DNA from: a virus
Taxonomy: Duplodnaviria > Caudoviricetes
Length of the DNA stretch: 38,830 nucleotides
Virus record (IMG/VR): IMGVR_UViG_3300048851_000195
Span: 1 to 38,830 of that record
Reading direction: 5' to 3' (one strand)
The number at the start of each line of letters is the position of its first letter. The stretch's first letter is position 1. The translations under genes were made by a program, and so were the position numbers. A model generated the notes under the pieces. The model saw only the letters and a list, made by a program, of their open reading frames with translations, was not told where the DNA came from and did not search any database. This document shows, piece by piece, positions 15,108 to 24,834 of the stretch.

Positions 15108-17972
15108 TTAGTTGAAGCTGATGAACTCCGGCGGCAGCAATTCCTCGTCGCTTTCGCCGTAGATGAACTCATAGGTTGCGGTAAGCGCAGCGCTGCTTTC
15201 ACCAAACGTGTTGAGGGAGCGGATTGTAAACTGGTGGACGCCTTCGGTCGCGTTCTTCACCTGAGCAAAGCTGTTCGGACCTTTGTAAACGTCTTCCCAG
15301 GTTGTGCTACCTGGACGCTTTACCTGACAGTGATAGCCCTGGAAGAGCATGTTGTAATCAGGCTCGATGTCATCCCACGACACCTGGATCTCATGCTCAG
15401 GGAAGCCAAGCTGATTTACCCAGCTGTGACCCTTGGCCTTGAAGCCGGTTGGAATTGGCGTGCGCGGGTTGAGCTGCGTCCACTTGCTCTCGGTGACAGG
15501 CACGTTGTCATCGAAGAAGGCATACTTGCCCTCGATGTGGAGCGATCCCTTGACGCTGTAGGAGCCGAAGCCGTTCTCGGTGACTTCATGGATCGTGAAC
15601 TGACGGGGCTGAACACCACCAACCTGCACGATGCCAATGGGCGTGTCTGCATCAACGCCGGTTGTGTCCACCGTGACAAGATCGGTTGTCGTATCGGAGT
15701 TCCAGAGCACGACCGGACGCACGACCAGCTTGTTATCGCGGATCATGTGGGCGTTGTAGGAAGCGCCAGCGATCACCGGAATTGGGTTGTCCAAGCGCAG
15801 CTGGTTTGAGCCAACAATCTCCGCAACGCGGCCTGTGGGCACCTTGCCGGTCCTCGTCCAATCGTCAATTTCGATGCGCTGACCAGCATAGTAGCCAGCA
15901 GCCGCTAGGCTCGTCTCAAACTCGACAGTGACGTTCTCATTTTGCGCGGTCCACACCAGCATACGCGCAAAGTCGTAGGCTTCCTGCTCGTTGGTGCAGC
16001 CCAGCTTGGCCACCGTCTGGCTGATGATGCCGTTGTTGGCCAAGCCGCGCGCACGATTGCGCGCAATGCTCTCTTCGTCACGATAGCGAACGCGACGGGT
16101 GCGGCCATAATCCTCGGTATCCTTCCACTCGACCACGCACTCGTTGATTTGCTCGCGCAGTGGAGCGGAGCCGTACTTGAACACGCCATCTGTGACGGCT
16201 GCGTTGTTGACGTAATGGTCGATGTTGCCGGTTGGGCGATCCTGATAAAGCTCAACCTGACTACCGTTGAAGAACGGAATGGCGCGGAATGTCTGTGCCA
16301 CTTCCTTGAGGCGGCTCCAGCCGTCCTGCTCGTCATTGATCTGCACGTTGAACGAAAAGCGCGGACGACCGTGGACTGTCTCGTCGCAATACTTGGCTAC
16401 GTTGAGCAGCTTGAACACGCTGAAATAGCTGTCTGGATAGCCGCAACCAATCTGCTTGTTGGTGGCCAATTCCAGCCAGTGCCATACCGGATTGCTCGTT
16501 ACCGCGTATTTCCATGCACCGGACCAAACACCCGAATAGGTGCGTGCCACTGGATCGTAGTTGTCGGGAACGCGGACCTTGCGGGCCTGCATAATGAGGG
16601 CAATCTCAGGATAGCTAGTGCTGTCGAAGACCTCTAGATCGAGAGCAGCCGCGAACAGCGCGGTTGGCACTTCTCCGTTGCTGCCATCGTAAGCAAGCTC
16701 AATGTCCTTGTATTCCACAAAGCCGTTGAACGCTGCCGTGTTCTGGAGCTTGTCGTCGTTGCTGTCAGGGGTGATCCTGTAGAGGCGGAAGGACCAGCCA
16801 TCCTGCTCGTTGCCGGGTGTCTTCGGCGGCGCGGTAACAGTCCACTCGCGCACGAATGCATCGCTGCTCTTCTCGTTGATCGAGAGAGTGCCGGCGGATT
16901 GCCATGCGGCTGCGCTGTCACGCTTGCACTCAAAGCCGACCTGGAGCGATGTGCGTTCCTGATTGCCTTTCTTGTCGGTCTTCACCAGCTGATTGACGCG
17001 GATACGGACCTTCACGCGGGAAACGTCTGCATCGCTGACAGGCTCAGTGCGGTACGAGACGCCACCACTTGGAGTGCGCGTTAGCTCGACGTTCCTGTTC
17101 TGGTTTGCAGGAATGCCCGGTGTGATCGGAACTGCGCTCTGGCCGGGAACGCCTGGACGCTCGGTCCATGCGAAGCCCTGGAAGTTGTACTGGCTCGTTC
17201 CACGGTCACGAAGCGGCACCTCGTTGATGAGGATGTGCTTCTCTTTTTCCTGCGTGGTCGCACCATAAATGCCGCCGAGTTCACCAGCACCGACCGCAGC
17301 GAGGACACTCAGGCGAGCGTTGCTCGTCGTGGTGTTGTTGATGGTTTTGCCGCCGCCCTTTTCGCCACGGAAGGCGTCTTGAATCTGCTTGCTGGGGCTT
17401 TCGCTTACCGCACCGTAGAGCGCTGCTTTGGCTGGGTTGATGTTACCCAAGCCGCCGTTGTTGGTGTAATCGACGGATGCTTCGATGATGTTGGAGCCGC
17501 AGAAGACCTTTTCGCCTGCCACGTAGGGCAGCACGATTTCCTCTTTCTGCGTGTTGAGGCTGCTGCCGTCATAGAGAACGCTCTTGCGCTTATCCTGCTC
17601 GCTGGTGCCGGATGGCATAAAGGCGTTGATGAGGATGCTGGCCGCGATGGAAGCGGCTGCGCTGATCGCAGCCGTGATGAGCATTGCGGTCGTGATTTCA
17701 TGGCCGTGAACGTGCGGGCCGATGTGCAGCACTGCATCAGCGGGAAGCTGCCAGCGTCCAGCTTGTTCAGCGGTGAGGCTCTTGCTGCGCTTGTAGTTCT
17801 TGCCTAGTCGGATTTCCCCCTTGCTGGTGTCCAGCAAGGATTTGATAGGAATAAGCTGCTCAAGAGCGTCTAGGACTTCCATGCAGGTGTTTGCGTGGAA
17901 ATTGACACCGCGCTTGTAGCCCTTGGGCATTGCATCGCGGAACGCGCCATGCAGGATGACTCTTACGGTCAT
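15108..17972 (-). CDS. Fused lambda-like tail tip protein I and central tail tip protein J (N-terminal part)
   Basis: N-terminal VRVILHG...LHIGPHVHG (gpI-like), then GEKGGG, VRVPDNYDPVARTYSGVWSG, SNPVW and PRFSFN (gpJ core). Confidence 0.88.
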   Translation of the reverse strand: MTVRVILHGAFRDAMPKGYKRGVNFHANTCMEVLDALEQLIPIKSLLDTSKGEIRLGKNYKRSKSLTAEQAGRWQLPADAVLHIGPHVHGHEITTAMLITAAISAAASIAASILINAFMPSGTSEQDKRKSVLYDGSSLNTQKEEIVLPYVAGEKVFCGSNIIEASVDYTNNGGLGNINPAKAALYGAVSESPSKQIQDAFRGEKGGGKTINNTTTSNARLSVLAAVGAGELGGIYGATTQEKEKHILINEVPLRDRGTSQYNFQGFAWTERPGVPGQSAVPITPGIPANQNRNVELTRTPSGGVSYRTEPVSDADVSRVKVRIRVNQLVKTDKKGNQERTSLQVGFECKRDSAAAWQSAGTLSINEKSSDAFVREWTVTAPPKTPGNEQDGWSFRLYRITPDSNDDKLQNTAAFNGFVEYKDIELAYDGSNGEVPTALFAAALDLEVFDSTSYPEIALIMQARKVRVPDNYDPVARTYSGVWSGAWKYAVTSNPVWHWLELATNKQIGCGYPDSYFSVFKLLNVAKYCDETVHGRPRFSFNVQINDEQDGWSRLKEVAQTFRAIPFFNGSQVELYQDRPTGNIDHYVNNAAVTDGVFKYGSAPLREQINECVVEWKDTEDYGRTRRVRYRDEESIARNRARGLANNGIISQTVAKLGCTNEQEAYDFARMLVWTAQNENVTVEFETSLAAAGYYAGQRIEIDDWTRTGKVPTGRVAEIVGSNQLRLDNPIPVIAGASYNAHMIRDNKLVVRPVVLWNSDTTTDLVTVDTTGVDADTPIGIVQVGGVQPRQFTIHEVTENGFGSYSVKGSLHIEGKYAFFDDNVPVTESKWTQLNPRTPIPTGFKAKGHSWVNQLGFPEHEIQVSWDDIEPDYNMLFQGYHCQVKRPGSTTWEDVYKGPNSFAQVKNATEGVHQFTIRSLNTFGESSAALTATYEFIYGESDEELLPPEFISFN

Positions 17973-18712
17973 TTGATCCTCCAGAATTGAACAGCAAATC
18001 GCTCTAGGAACTGCTCCTCGTTGTTATGAATCCAGTGCTCGGAGGTTCGATTCTCCAGCTGGTGCAAATAGGTGTTCTCACCCAGGTAAACTGCGCAGTG
18101 GTTCAGAATGGGCTTCTGAAAATACATGAGCGCTAGGTCGCCGGGCTTGCGATCATCGCGGTTGGCTACGCGCTTGAAGCCCAGCCGACTTGGCCAGTAG
18201 CCAAACGGGTTTTGTCCGCGTGGGTGCGCGTGATGAGGGCCAGGTTCACGGACGCGGGGAATGATCGCGAGCGGCTTGCCCTGCTCGTGATAATAATCCT
18301 CGCAGAGCGTCCAGCAGTCGCGGACACCCCAAAGATAGGCTCGGCCCAGCAAGGGTGGTCGCGGGCGCAGCGGGCCAATGAACTCGGGCTCCGCTACATG
18401 CGTGACGCCGAACTCGTTGCCGGTGATTGCTACGACGCCCCAGGTGTACCCGGATGCAATCTGCTGTTCTGTGTCGCGGTCGCTTGGCTCGGCCGATCCA
18501 TTGGGATGGCTGTGGAGCAGGACCAGCGGTCGGCGCTCGTCGAGTAACGCAACGTCACTCTGAGTGAGTTCAAAGCCGTAGAGTGGATCTGACGCGACGT
18601 TGGTTAGCTCAAGCCAGCTGCCATCGTCATAGACGGCAACGACTGCCTCACGCGGCCAAGCGCGGGCAAAGATCGGCCTAATTGCGGCCCAGGTCTTATC
18701 AGGTACAAGCAC
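17969..18712 (-). CDS. Tail tip protein K (JAB/MPN + NlpC/P60)
   Basis: PRE, HSHP...PSDRD (JAB); GVRDCWTL and NHCAVYLG...YLH (NlpC/P60). Confidence 0.92.
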   Translation of the reverse strand: MLVPDKTWAAIRPIFARAWPREAVVAVYDDGSWLELTNVASDPLYGFELTQSDVALLDERRPLVLLHSHPNGSAEPSDRDTEQQIASGYTWGVVAITGNEFGVTHVAEPEFIGPLRPRPPLLGRAYLWGVRDCWTLCEDYYHEQGKPLAIIPRVREPGPHHAHPRGQNPFGYWPSRLGFKRVANRDDRKPGDLALMYFQKPILNHCAVYLGENTYLHQLENRTSEHWIHNNEEQFLERFAVQFWRIK

Positions 18713-18716
18713 CTGA

Positions 18717-18722
18717 TATTTA
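18717..18722 (-). promoter_or_regulatory. TAAATA box, leaderless start
   Basis: GG-TAAATA-TCAG-GTG. Confidence 0.7.
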
Positions 18723-18741
18723 CCGAGGGGGAGGCTCTACC

Positions 18742-19257
18742 TTGTTCTGTCCAAGCGCTGTTGATTATGGAAACGTAGCTGACTGGTTTGCAGCCGTTGG
18801 CAGTATCACCGTTGGTAGTGCGGCGTTCTATGTTGCTTGGAAAGAGCGCCAGCGAGCGTTAGCGGCAGAGGATCGACTGGCATTGTTTGAAGCGGAGCGG
18901 CACAATGACCTTATTGTGCCTGCGCTTAGGATTATCCAGCAAGTCCAAAGTGCCACGATAGTTTTTCAAGATGTAATTGAGCGCGGAGACGACTCGCTTG
19001 CTAGGCGGCAAAGCTGGTTAAGAGTGCTTCGTCAGTCTCAAGAAAGTGCTCTACGGCTTCAACAATATCCGTATGTTGGTGCTGAGCTATTCGCCGAGTA
19101 CGAAGGCCTGGCAAGGGCGGTGGACATCAGCGACGATATGCAACAGTGGCCTGCTGAGAGTCTGGTGCGACACGCAGAGCATGTCATGGACGACACGGAC
19201 AGGCAGAAGGGCGTTCTGGTCGAAATGGCGGACAAGCGCGCTGTCCTGAAATGGTAG
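18742..19257 (+). CDS. Opposite-strand moron with N-terminal membrane anchor
   Basis: GGAGG RBS before TTG 18742; YGNVADWFAAVGS...FYVAW anchor; fills the gap between L and K. Confidence 0.7.
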   Translation: MFCPSAVDYGNVADWFAAVGSITVGSAAFYVAWKERQRALAAEDRLALFEAERHNDLIVPALRIIQQVQSATIVFQDVIERGDDSLARRQSWLRVLRQSQESALRLQQYPYVGAELFAEYEGLARAVDISDDMQQWPAESLVRHAEHVMDDTDRQKGVLVEMADKRAVLKW

Positions 19258-19258
19258 C

Positions 19259-19783
19259 TTAGTCCGAGGCGCGCAGGTTGCTTCCCAGGCCGGGATAGTG
19301 CTCGCGGTACATTTTGAAGCTGGGCACCTTCACACCGCCGAAATCCAGGTGCGTTGCGAGATTCAGGTTCACGCTCAGCTGTCCGCTGGTAACGCTGTCC
19401 AGAAGGTATTCGTACCTTGCGATGGCCGCCTGTTCGTTGCCTGAAATAACGTCCTCAGCGAGCGCCTGATAGCGGATTACCTCTGCGCCAGGAGCGTTGC
19501 CGATTTCAGCCAAACGAACAGCCAGTGCGCCCATGAAGTCTGGCACCTCAATGGAGGGCTGAGCTTTGTTCTCACTGGAGCGCTGCCAACCGCCTGTGGT
19601 GAACGGATAGCACTGCCAATCCTGATTGTTCCAACGGACTGTGCCAAGCTCAGGAAGGTCTAGCCCCTGATCGGATAGCGGCTTGCTGTTGCAATAGCGG
19701 AGGATCGAGCCAGCCCAGGGAGTGAGGTCCAGGCTCACGAACTCGACAAGGCCGTCCCAGCGGGTGGTGTTCAGCTGTGTCAT
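19259..19783 (-). CDS. Minor tail protein L-like
   Basis: VEFVSLDLT...LRYCN...WNNQDWQCYPF...GAEVIR; conserved M-L-K-I-J position. Confidence 0.8.
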   Translation of the reverse strand: MTQLNTTRWDGLVEFVSLDLTPWAGSILRYCNSKPLSDQGLDLPELGTVRWNNQDWQCYPFTTGGWQRSSENKAQPSIEVPDFMGALAVRLAEIGNAPGAEVIRYQALAEDVISGNEQAAIARYEYLLDSVTSGQLSVNLNLATHLDFGGVKVPSFKMYREHYPGLGSNLRASD

Positions 19784-20121
19784 AGGCGTTCAAAGCCAGC
19801 TGTGACCTGCACCAGCTGTCCCTTGTCGGTCTGGATCTCACGGAAGCCATAGGAGCCGGTAGCGCGAATTCTAACGCTGCCCATGATGTTGCAGGTGTAA
19901 TCGTACACCGAGTTCATCTTGCCCGCCTTTAGCGTCTGGACGAGTGCGCGAGCGTCGTCCTTGGGCAACATCCACGAGAGAGTGGCAACCTCACGGCAGG
20001 GCGCAAACCCGATTGTACCGCGGATCGACAATGCGCCGGTTTTCTTTTCGACGTTGGCCGTCTCGCCCTGCCAATCAATCGACAGGAGCAAGTTGGGCTG
20101 AAATGGTAGTGCAGTCGCCAT
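19780..20121 (-). CDS. Minor (distal) tail protein M-like
   Basis: Size, position after the tape measure gene, and C-terminal VTAGFER. Confidence 0.7.
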   Translation of the reverse strand: MATALPFQPNLLLSIDWQGETANVEKKTGALSIRGTIGFAPCREVATLSWMLPKDDARALVQTLKAGKMNSVYDYTCNIMGSVRIRATGSYGFREIQTDKGQLVQVTAGFERL

Positions 20122-22958
20122 TAACGGATACCTCGCTTCTTCGCCCAGGCATCCATCGCGTCCATCTGTTCGCGCTGCTGCTGAGCCATCATCGACTTCA
20201 CCTGCGCCTGGACGTCCTGATTGACCGGGCCATTGAAGTGCATGTGTGTTTCGCCGAAGCTGATGGAGGCCGAAGCACCGCCCAGAGCGCGACGAGTTTG
20301 GTTTGCGTTGAACACCGTTCCTGCTGCGCCGAACTTGACCAGTTCCGCGCCGCCTTCACCAACAGGGCGAATGTCGCCGGCTTTGACCGAACCACCTGTT
20401 GCGCGGCCCGCGCCGATACCCAACGCACCGCCAACAACCGTCTTGAGCAGGCCACCAATGCCGCCACCGCCACCTAGCTTGTCGCCCAGGAGCGCAGCCT
20501 TCAGGATAGCTTCAATCAGGCGCTTCATTAGGTCCTGGAAGAACTTGCGCATCGTCTCCTTGGGGTTGTCCCAGAGGTTCGTGAGGAAGTCGCTCAGCTG
20601 CTCAACGTGCTGGCGCTGACGATCCAACACCACGTTCTGCTTGTCCTGCGCGGCCAGCACATTCTCAGTTGCGACCAGTTCAGCGCGACGGGCTTCGGTG
20701 ATGCCCTCAAGCGCAGTGATCTTCTCGATGTTGGCTTGGCGATCGCGCTCAATTTGTGCGACCGCGCGAGCATCTTCCGCCTTCTCAGGATCGGTGCGAC
20801 CAAGAGCAGTGAACTCCTGTTCCTGCTTGCGTGCGGCCTGATCGCGCTCAACGTCCTTGAGAGCCTTGGCGTTTTCCTTGGCCTTCTGGAGATTGTAATA
20901 GGCTGCTGCCTGTGCGTCGATTTTGCGCGTTAGGTCAGTCGTGATCGCTAGGTCTTCTGGCAGGCCAGCACGACGGCGGGCTTCAACCTGAGCAAGCTGA
21001 ATCTGACTGTAACCGAGTTCACGAATGGACTTGTCGAAGTCCTTCATGATCTCCGTTACCTTCTTCTGCTGCTCTCCGTCCTTTAGGTCTTTGAACAGGT
21101 TGCGAATCTCGTTCGCCTTCTCGCCGGTGAGTTTGATGTCGCGCTTGAGACCGGCACGCTCCATCTCATCCGCTAGAGCCTTCTGCTCTTCGGTAAGTGC
21201 TAGGTCTGCAATGCGGTTCTTGAGGTTGGTGACAGCTTCCGCGTACTTCTTCGCGTCTGCCTCTGCCTTCTTCTGCTCGTCGGACTTGTCCTTGTTCCTG
21301 TTCTTGTCGTTCTTACCATCTGGTTTCGGGGGAGGCGCATCAGAGCCACTGTCTAGCTTAGGAGCAACGCCGCCTATGCCACGCAGACGGTTGATTGTAC
21401 GACCAGCGCCCTTCTCGTCGGCGTAGATGTTGCTCGCGTTGGTAACGACACCACCGACGACGCGACGAGTGTTCGAACCAGCGCCCTTCGCGACGCCCTT
21501 TGCAGCACCCACGGCCTTCTGCAGATCGCCTAGCGAACGTGCATTCCAGACCATCGAAATGACGTTGCCCAGCCCACGGAACATGGCCGAAATGTCGTTG
21601 ATCGCTGCGGCGAAAATCTGCGGCAGCGACAGCGCCACGTACTTGGCAGCACGCAAGATGCCCACGATGCTGTTTGCCCAGCTGCGACCACCCTGGTTGA
21701 AGCTGATGCCCATCCAATTCAGCAGCGACCCGATTGATTCAGCAATGAAGCTGCGGACTTTGCCGATGATCGAGCCGATGGCACCGAACACGGCACCAAC
21801 GATGGAGCCGAGAACCGTCACACCCTGGCCGAGCAGGTTGAATGTGATTGTCAGCGCTTCAAGCACGCCTTGCAAAGCGCTCGCATGTCCCGCCCCCTGA
21901 GACATTTGGCCAAGACCGTTCAGCACGTTACCGACGCCCTGAATGATGCCGCCGAAGAGGTTGCCAATTGACGCGAAGAACGGAGTTAGGAGGCTGATGC
22001 CGTTGGCGATGCCCTTGGCAATCTCCTTCACGGCAGTACCAAGCGCACCTTCACCGATGGCGCTGAGCATCTGTTGCGTGTTGTCTGCGACGTTGCTGAA
22101 CGCGCCGTTGAGCGAGTCCATCTGCTTGGCCATCGCACCACCGAAAGTGGTCTTGCCGATGTTCTCCAGGTACTTGGTAATCTCGGTGCTGTTTTTAGCT
22201 ACCTTCGTGGTCACGCCCTGGAACGTGAAAGCGACCTTATCGCCTTCCGTTTTGGACTTGATGCCGAATTCCTTGAGGCGTTCAAACTCGCCAGTGGAGG
22301 CGTCTGCGACAGCCTCAATCATCTGATTGAGGCTCTTGCCCATGGCCGATGCGGTGTTGCCGAACGAGGTTAGGCGTTCCTCAGTGGCAGCAAGGCCCAG
22401 CATCCTGAGCTTGTTGAAAGCGTCAACGGACTGGCCGAGGTCGAATGGCGTTGTGGAAGCGAACTTGACGAGCGCGGCGTAGGTTTCCTTCGCCTTCGTG
22501 CTCGACTTGGTGACAGTCTCAAGCTGGCCCATCCATTTCTGGGTCTGGGCTGCTGCCTTGATGGCTTCCGATCCAACGGCTGCGATTGCGAGCGCGACAG
22601 TGCCGATCACAACGGCAGTCGGACCCATCTTCGTGAGGCTGGATACTAGGCCGCCGACTGCTGGCGTTGCGCTTGCTGCGCGGGAACGAACCTCGTCCAT
22701 CGCTGAGCCGATTGCGCTGCGGATCGAGCTAGAGGCGCGTTCGGTACCGCCCTGCGTCTCGCGCATCTGGCGGTTGAAGCCGTCCAGCATTGCGCTGCGG
22801 ACTTGTACGTTTTGAATGCGCTGGAGCGATGCACGGATGGCGCTGCTATCGCGGTTGGTGATTGTTGCTGTCTGGCGTACTTTCGCCATCAGCTGGTCGA
22901 AGGCGCGGTTTACCTGCGTGTTATCAAATTGAGCGCGGTAGTTTAGGGTGTCTTCCAT
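20121..22958 (-). CDS. Tape measure protein
   Basis: FASTTPFDL, AVADASTGEFERLKEFGI and RATGGSV...VGEGGAEL; 945 aa, Ala/Gly-rich. Confidence 0.95.
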   Translation of the reverse strand: MEDTLNYRAQFDNTQVNRAFDQLMAKVRQTATITNRDSSAIRASLQRIQNVQVRSAMLDGFNRQMRETQGGTERASSSIRSAIGSAMDEVRSRAASATPAVGGLVSSLTKMGPTAVVIGTVALAIAAVGSEAIKAAAQTQKWMGQLETVTKSSTKAKETYAALVKFASTTPFDLGQSVDAFNKLRMLGLAATEERLTSFGNTASAMGKSLNQMIEAVADASTGEFERLKEFGIKSKTEGDKVAFTFQGVTTKVAKNSTEITKYLENIGKTTFGGAMAKQMDSLNGAFSNVADNTQQMLSAIGEGALGTAVKEIAKGIANGISLLTPFFASIGNLFGGIIQGVGNVLNGLGQMSQGAGHASALQGVLEALTITFNLLGQGVTVLGSIVGAVFGAIGSIIGKVRSFIAESIGSLLNWMGISFNQGGRSWANSIVGILRAAKYVALSLPQIFAAAINDISAMFRGLGNVISMVWNARSLGDLQKAVGAAKGVAKGAGSNTRRVVGGVVTNASNIYADEKGAGRTINRLRGIGGVAPKLDSGSDAPPPKPDGKNDKNRNKDKSDEQKKAEADAKKYAEAVTNLKNRIADLALTEEQKALADEMERAGLKRDIKLTGEKANEIRNLFKDLKDGEQQKKVTEIMKDFDKSIRELGYSQIQLAQVEARRRAGLPEDLAITTDLTRKIDAQAAAYYNLQKAKENAKALKDVERDQAARKQEQEFTALGRTDPEKAEDARAVAQIERDRQANIEKITALEGITEARRAELVATENVLAAQDKQNVVLDRQRQHVEQLSDFLTNLWDNPKETMRKFFQDLMKRLIEAILKAALLGDKLGGGGGIGGLLKTVVGGALGIGAGRATGGSVKAGDIRPVGEGGAELVKFGAAGTVFNANQTRRALGGASASISFGETHMHFNGPVNQDVQAQVKSMMAQQQREQMDAMDAWAKKRGIR

Positions 22959-22960
22959 CG

Positions 22961-23007
22961 CAGTAGGCGCCTCCTGATTATCGTCAGGTATTTAGCGGCG
23001 CCTACTG
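22961..23007 (-). promoter_or_regulatory. TAAATA box inside an RBS-occluding hairpin
   Basis: 11-bp arms CAGTAGGCGCC / GGCGCCTACTG (22997-23007 and 22961-22971) flank TAAATA at 22989-22994. Confidence 0.75.
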
Positions 23008-23017
23008 TGGTGAAGGA

Positions 23018-23221
23018 TTATGGAAGCTGCTGTTGAGCTTTCATTCGGCGCTGTAGTTCTCGTGGTGAGATTGGTTCATTAACCTTTGCGCCGTTCAACT
23101 CCATCTGCCCGATGATGGTGTTGAGATATTCATTCCAGGTGGTCTGGTCGATTTCGCTGGGCTGAATGTGCAGTTGCATTAGGTTAAACCGAGCGGCCTT
23201 GAGGCGGCTCAGTCTTGTTCC
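23018..23221 (-). CDS. Tail assembly chaperone GT extension (-1 programmed frameshift)
   Basis: C CCA AAA AAG slippery site at the end of the G gene; the -1 frame is open for 67 codons to TAA at 23018. Confidence 0.8.
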   Translation of the reverse strand, partial: GTRLSRLKAARFNLMQLHIQPSEIDQTTWNEYLNTIIGQMELNGAKVNEPISPRELQRRMKAQQQLP

Positions 23222-23586
23222 TTTTTTGGGGCGTTTTCCTCTTCTAGCTGGTCGAAAGCAGCGAGGATTTTTGCTTCATCGCCACCCATCAGGGCACCGA
23301 TCAGGACAGCAATACGCTTCTGGAATTCCTGGGTGAGCATGTCGGAGACGTTCGAGAAGAACGCGTCGTAAATCTCCGCGCGGTCGTACTCGGTTTCAAA
23401 CTGGAGGTGGTAGAACACCTCGGTTAGCTCGCGTGCATTAGTGACAGCCTGAATGTACTCGATACCGTCCATGCCAACGGCTTCGGACAGTGCGTCTAGG
23501 CGCTCGAAATCGTTGCGAAGAACAATCTCGTTCTCGGCCCATTCAAAGGTCTTGGTGTTGGTGCGACGCTTTAGTAGTTTTGCCAT
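23209..23586 (-). CDS. Tail assembly chaperone G
   Basis: Acidic 125-aa ORF between the tail tube and tape measure genes, with a terminal slippery site. Confidence 0.85.
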   Translation of the reverse strand: MAKLLKRRTNTKTFEWAENEIVLRNDFERLDALSEAVGMDGIEYIQAVTNARELTEVFYHLQFETEYDRAEIYDAFFSNVSDMLTQEFQKRIAVLIGALMGGDEAKILAAFDQLEEENAPKKEQD

Positions 23587-23637
23587 TTTCTGGTTCTCCT
23601 TTGGGCCGGGTAGCGAACCCGGCCCATGGTGTTTCGA

Positions 23638-24069
23638 TTAGCTTCCTGCTGCTTCGTCCAGGTCCACTTCGGTCACAGGACCGGCGTTCTGGATGGTGTA
23701 GCTGCCGGTACGTGCGCCGACTGCTGGAGCACCAATCTCAGCGCTGGACAGGATGAAGTCACCGGAAATCCAGAGGTCTTCCTGATCGTAAACGCGAAAA
23801 GGCCAACGCTTGTTGAAAGCCTTGCGCATGTACGAACGAGCAACGTCGTCCAGGTTCTCTGCGGTGGTGAACTGAATTTCCCAAGACTCTTCGCCTGGAG
23901 CCTTGTAGGTGCCAGCCTTGATGGTCGAGGTCTGAACGTCAGCAGTGCGAGTGATAGTCGCTTCCTGCTCGTTCTCAATGAGTACGAAATCGGTATCAGC
24001 TGTAGCATCTGCGGACTTACCGATTTTGATTCGGGTGTCCTTGCTCAGCTTCTGGTTTACAGTTGCCAT
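23638..24069 (-). CDS. Tail tube (major tail) protein
   Basis: GGAGG RBS; position; beta-rich pattern ending SYTIQNAGPVT. Confidence 0.8.
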   Translation of the reverse strand: MATVNQKLSKDTRIKIGKSADATADTDFVLIENEQEATITRTADVQTSTIKAGTYKAPGEESWEIQFTTAENLDDVARSYMRKAFNKRWPFRVYDQEDLWISGDFILSSAEIGAPAVGARTGSYTIQNAGPVTEVDLDEAAGS

Positions 24070-24079
24070 AATCGACAAT

Positions 24080-24128
24080 CCTCCATAGCTATCACGGCAA
24101 ACGTTGCCGCTGGGTATTTAGCTGGAGG
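24080..24128 (-). promoter_or_regulatory. TAAATA box inside an SD-occluding hairpin
   Basis: CCTCCAGCTA upstream arm pairs with TAGCTATGGAGG (SD); box at 24115-24120. Confidence 0.7.
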
Positions 24129-24142
24129 TCGTGCGACTCTTG

Positions 24143-24496
24143 TTAGAGGCGGCTCATGTAGATGATCGAAGGAATGCGGAACCTGTTGCGCGCGTTATCC
24201 GCTTCTGGCTGATTGACCATTCCATTTGTGAGAATGACAGGGCTGCGCTGGATGGTGTTGAGGACCGTTCGTGCAACGGGGAGAGCATCGACGCTCATGT
24301 CCTCGGTCACGAAGTTGATGTTGACGCGCCAGCTGTCCTGCTTGTCGTCCAAGCACTGGAAGCCGTCTAGGTAGATGCAGGGAAACTGCTCTGGAAGCTC
24401 GGTGAATAGCCATTCCTCACCCATGTACGCAGCAAGATCGGGATTACCCTCAACGAGCGCAGTGATGTGGGCTGCTAGATCGTGAAACTGGCTCAT
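24143..24496 (-). CDS. Tail terminator-like protein
   Basis: ELPEQFPCIYL motif and position before the tail tube gene. Confidence 0.7.
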   Translation of the reverse strand: MSQFHDLAAHITALVEGNPDLAAYMGEEWLFTELPEQFPCIYLDGFQCLDDKQDSWRVNINFVTEDMSVDALPVARTVLNTIQRSPVILTNGMVNQPEADNARNRFRIPSIIYMSRL

Positions 24497-24834
24497 TTCA
24501 TACCCTTTCGTACTTCGTCCAGGATGCGCTTCTTGAGCTTGTCCTTGGTCTGATCGAGCGCGGGTTGCATGAAGGGCTGAGCGGCCATCTTCGTTGTGCC
24601 GTGCTCTACGTGTGGCGCGTGGGGAGCCGCTGCAAACACGGTGACGCCCGTTGCATCCACTTCGCCGTCGATGCTGTCGCGGAGTTCACCAGTAGCAACA
24701 GGAGCAAGCGCCTTGGCCGCTGGTTTAAAGTCCTGCTCAAGCCAATCCTTGCCAGCCTTGGCCGGTGCCTCGTTGATAGCCCTGCGCGCTTTCTCAAGCC
24801 GAGCCATAATGCGGTCGAAGCCATCAAAGCTCAC
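24493..24834 (-). CDS. HK97 gp10-family tail completion protein
   Basis: APVATGELRDSI and VEHGTTKMAAQPFMQPA. Confidence 0.92.
   Translation of the reverse strand: MSFDGFDRIMARLEKARRAINEAPAKAGKDWLEQDFKPAAKALAPVATGELRDSIDGEVDATGVTVFAAAPHAPHVEHGTTKMAAQPFMQPALDQTKDKLKKRILDEVRKGMK

Noticed and set aside
23602-23626. Hairpin GGGCCGGG-TAGCGAA-CCCGGCCC containing GCGAACCC, as a terminator or a target of the helicase-leader loop
   Set aside because: There is no U-tract in the sense direction and the match is partly within the stem. More likely a stability or attenuation hairpin after the tail tube gene.
8886-24145. CAAG/CAAC about 17-18 nt upstream of several boxes as a -35 element
   Set aside because: Present at only four sites (8886, 15066, 18717, 24115) and absent from the rest; too weak to call.
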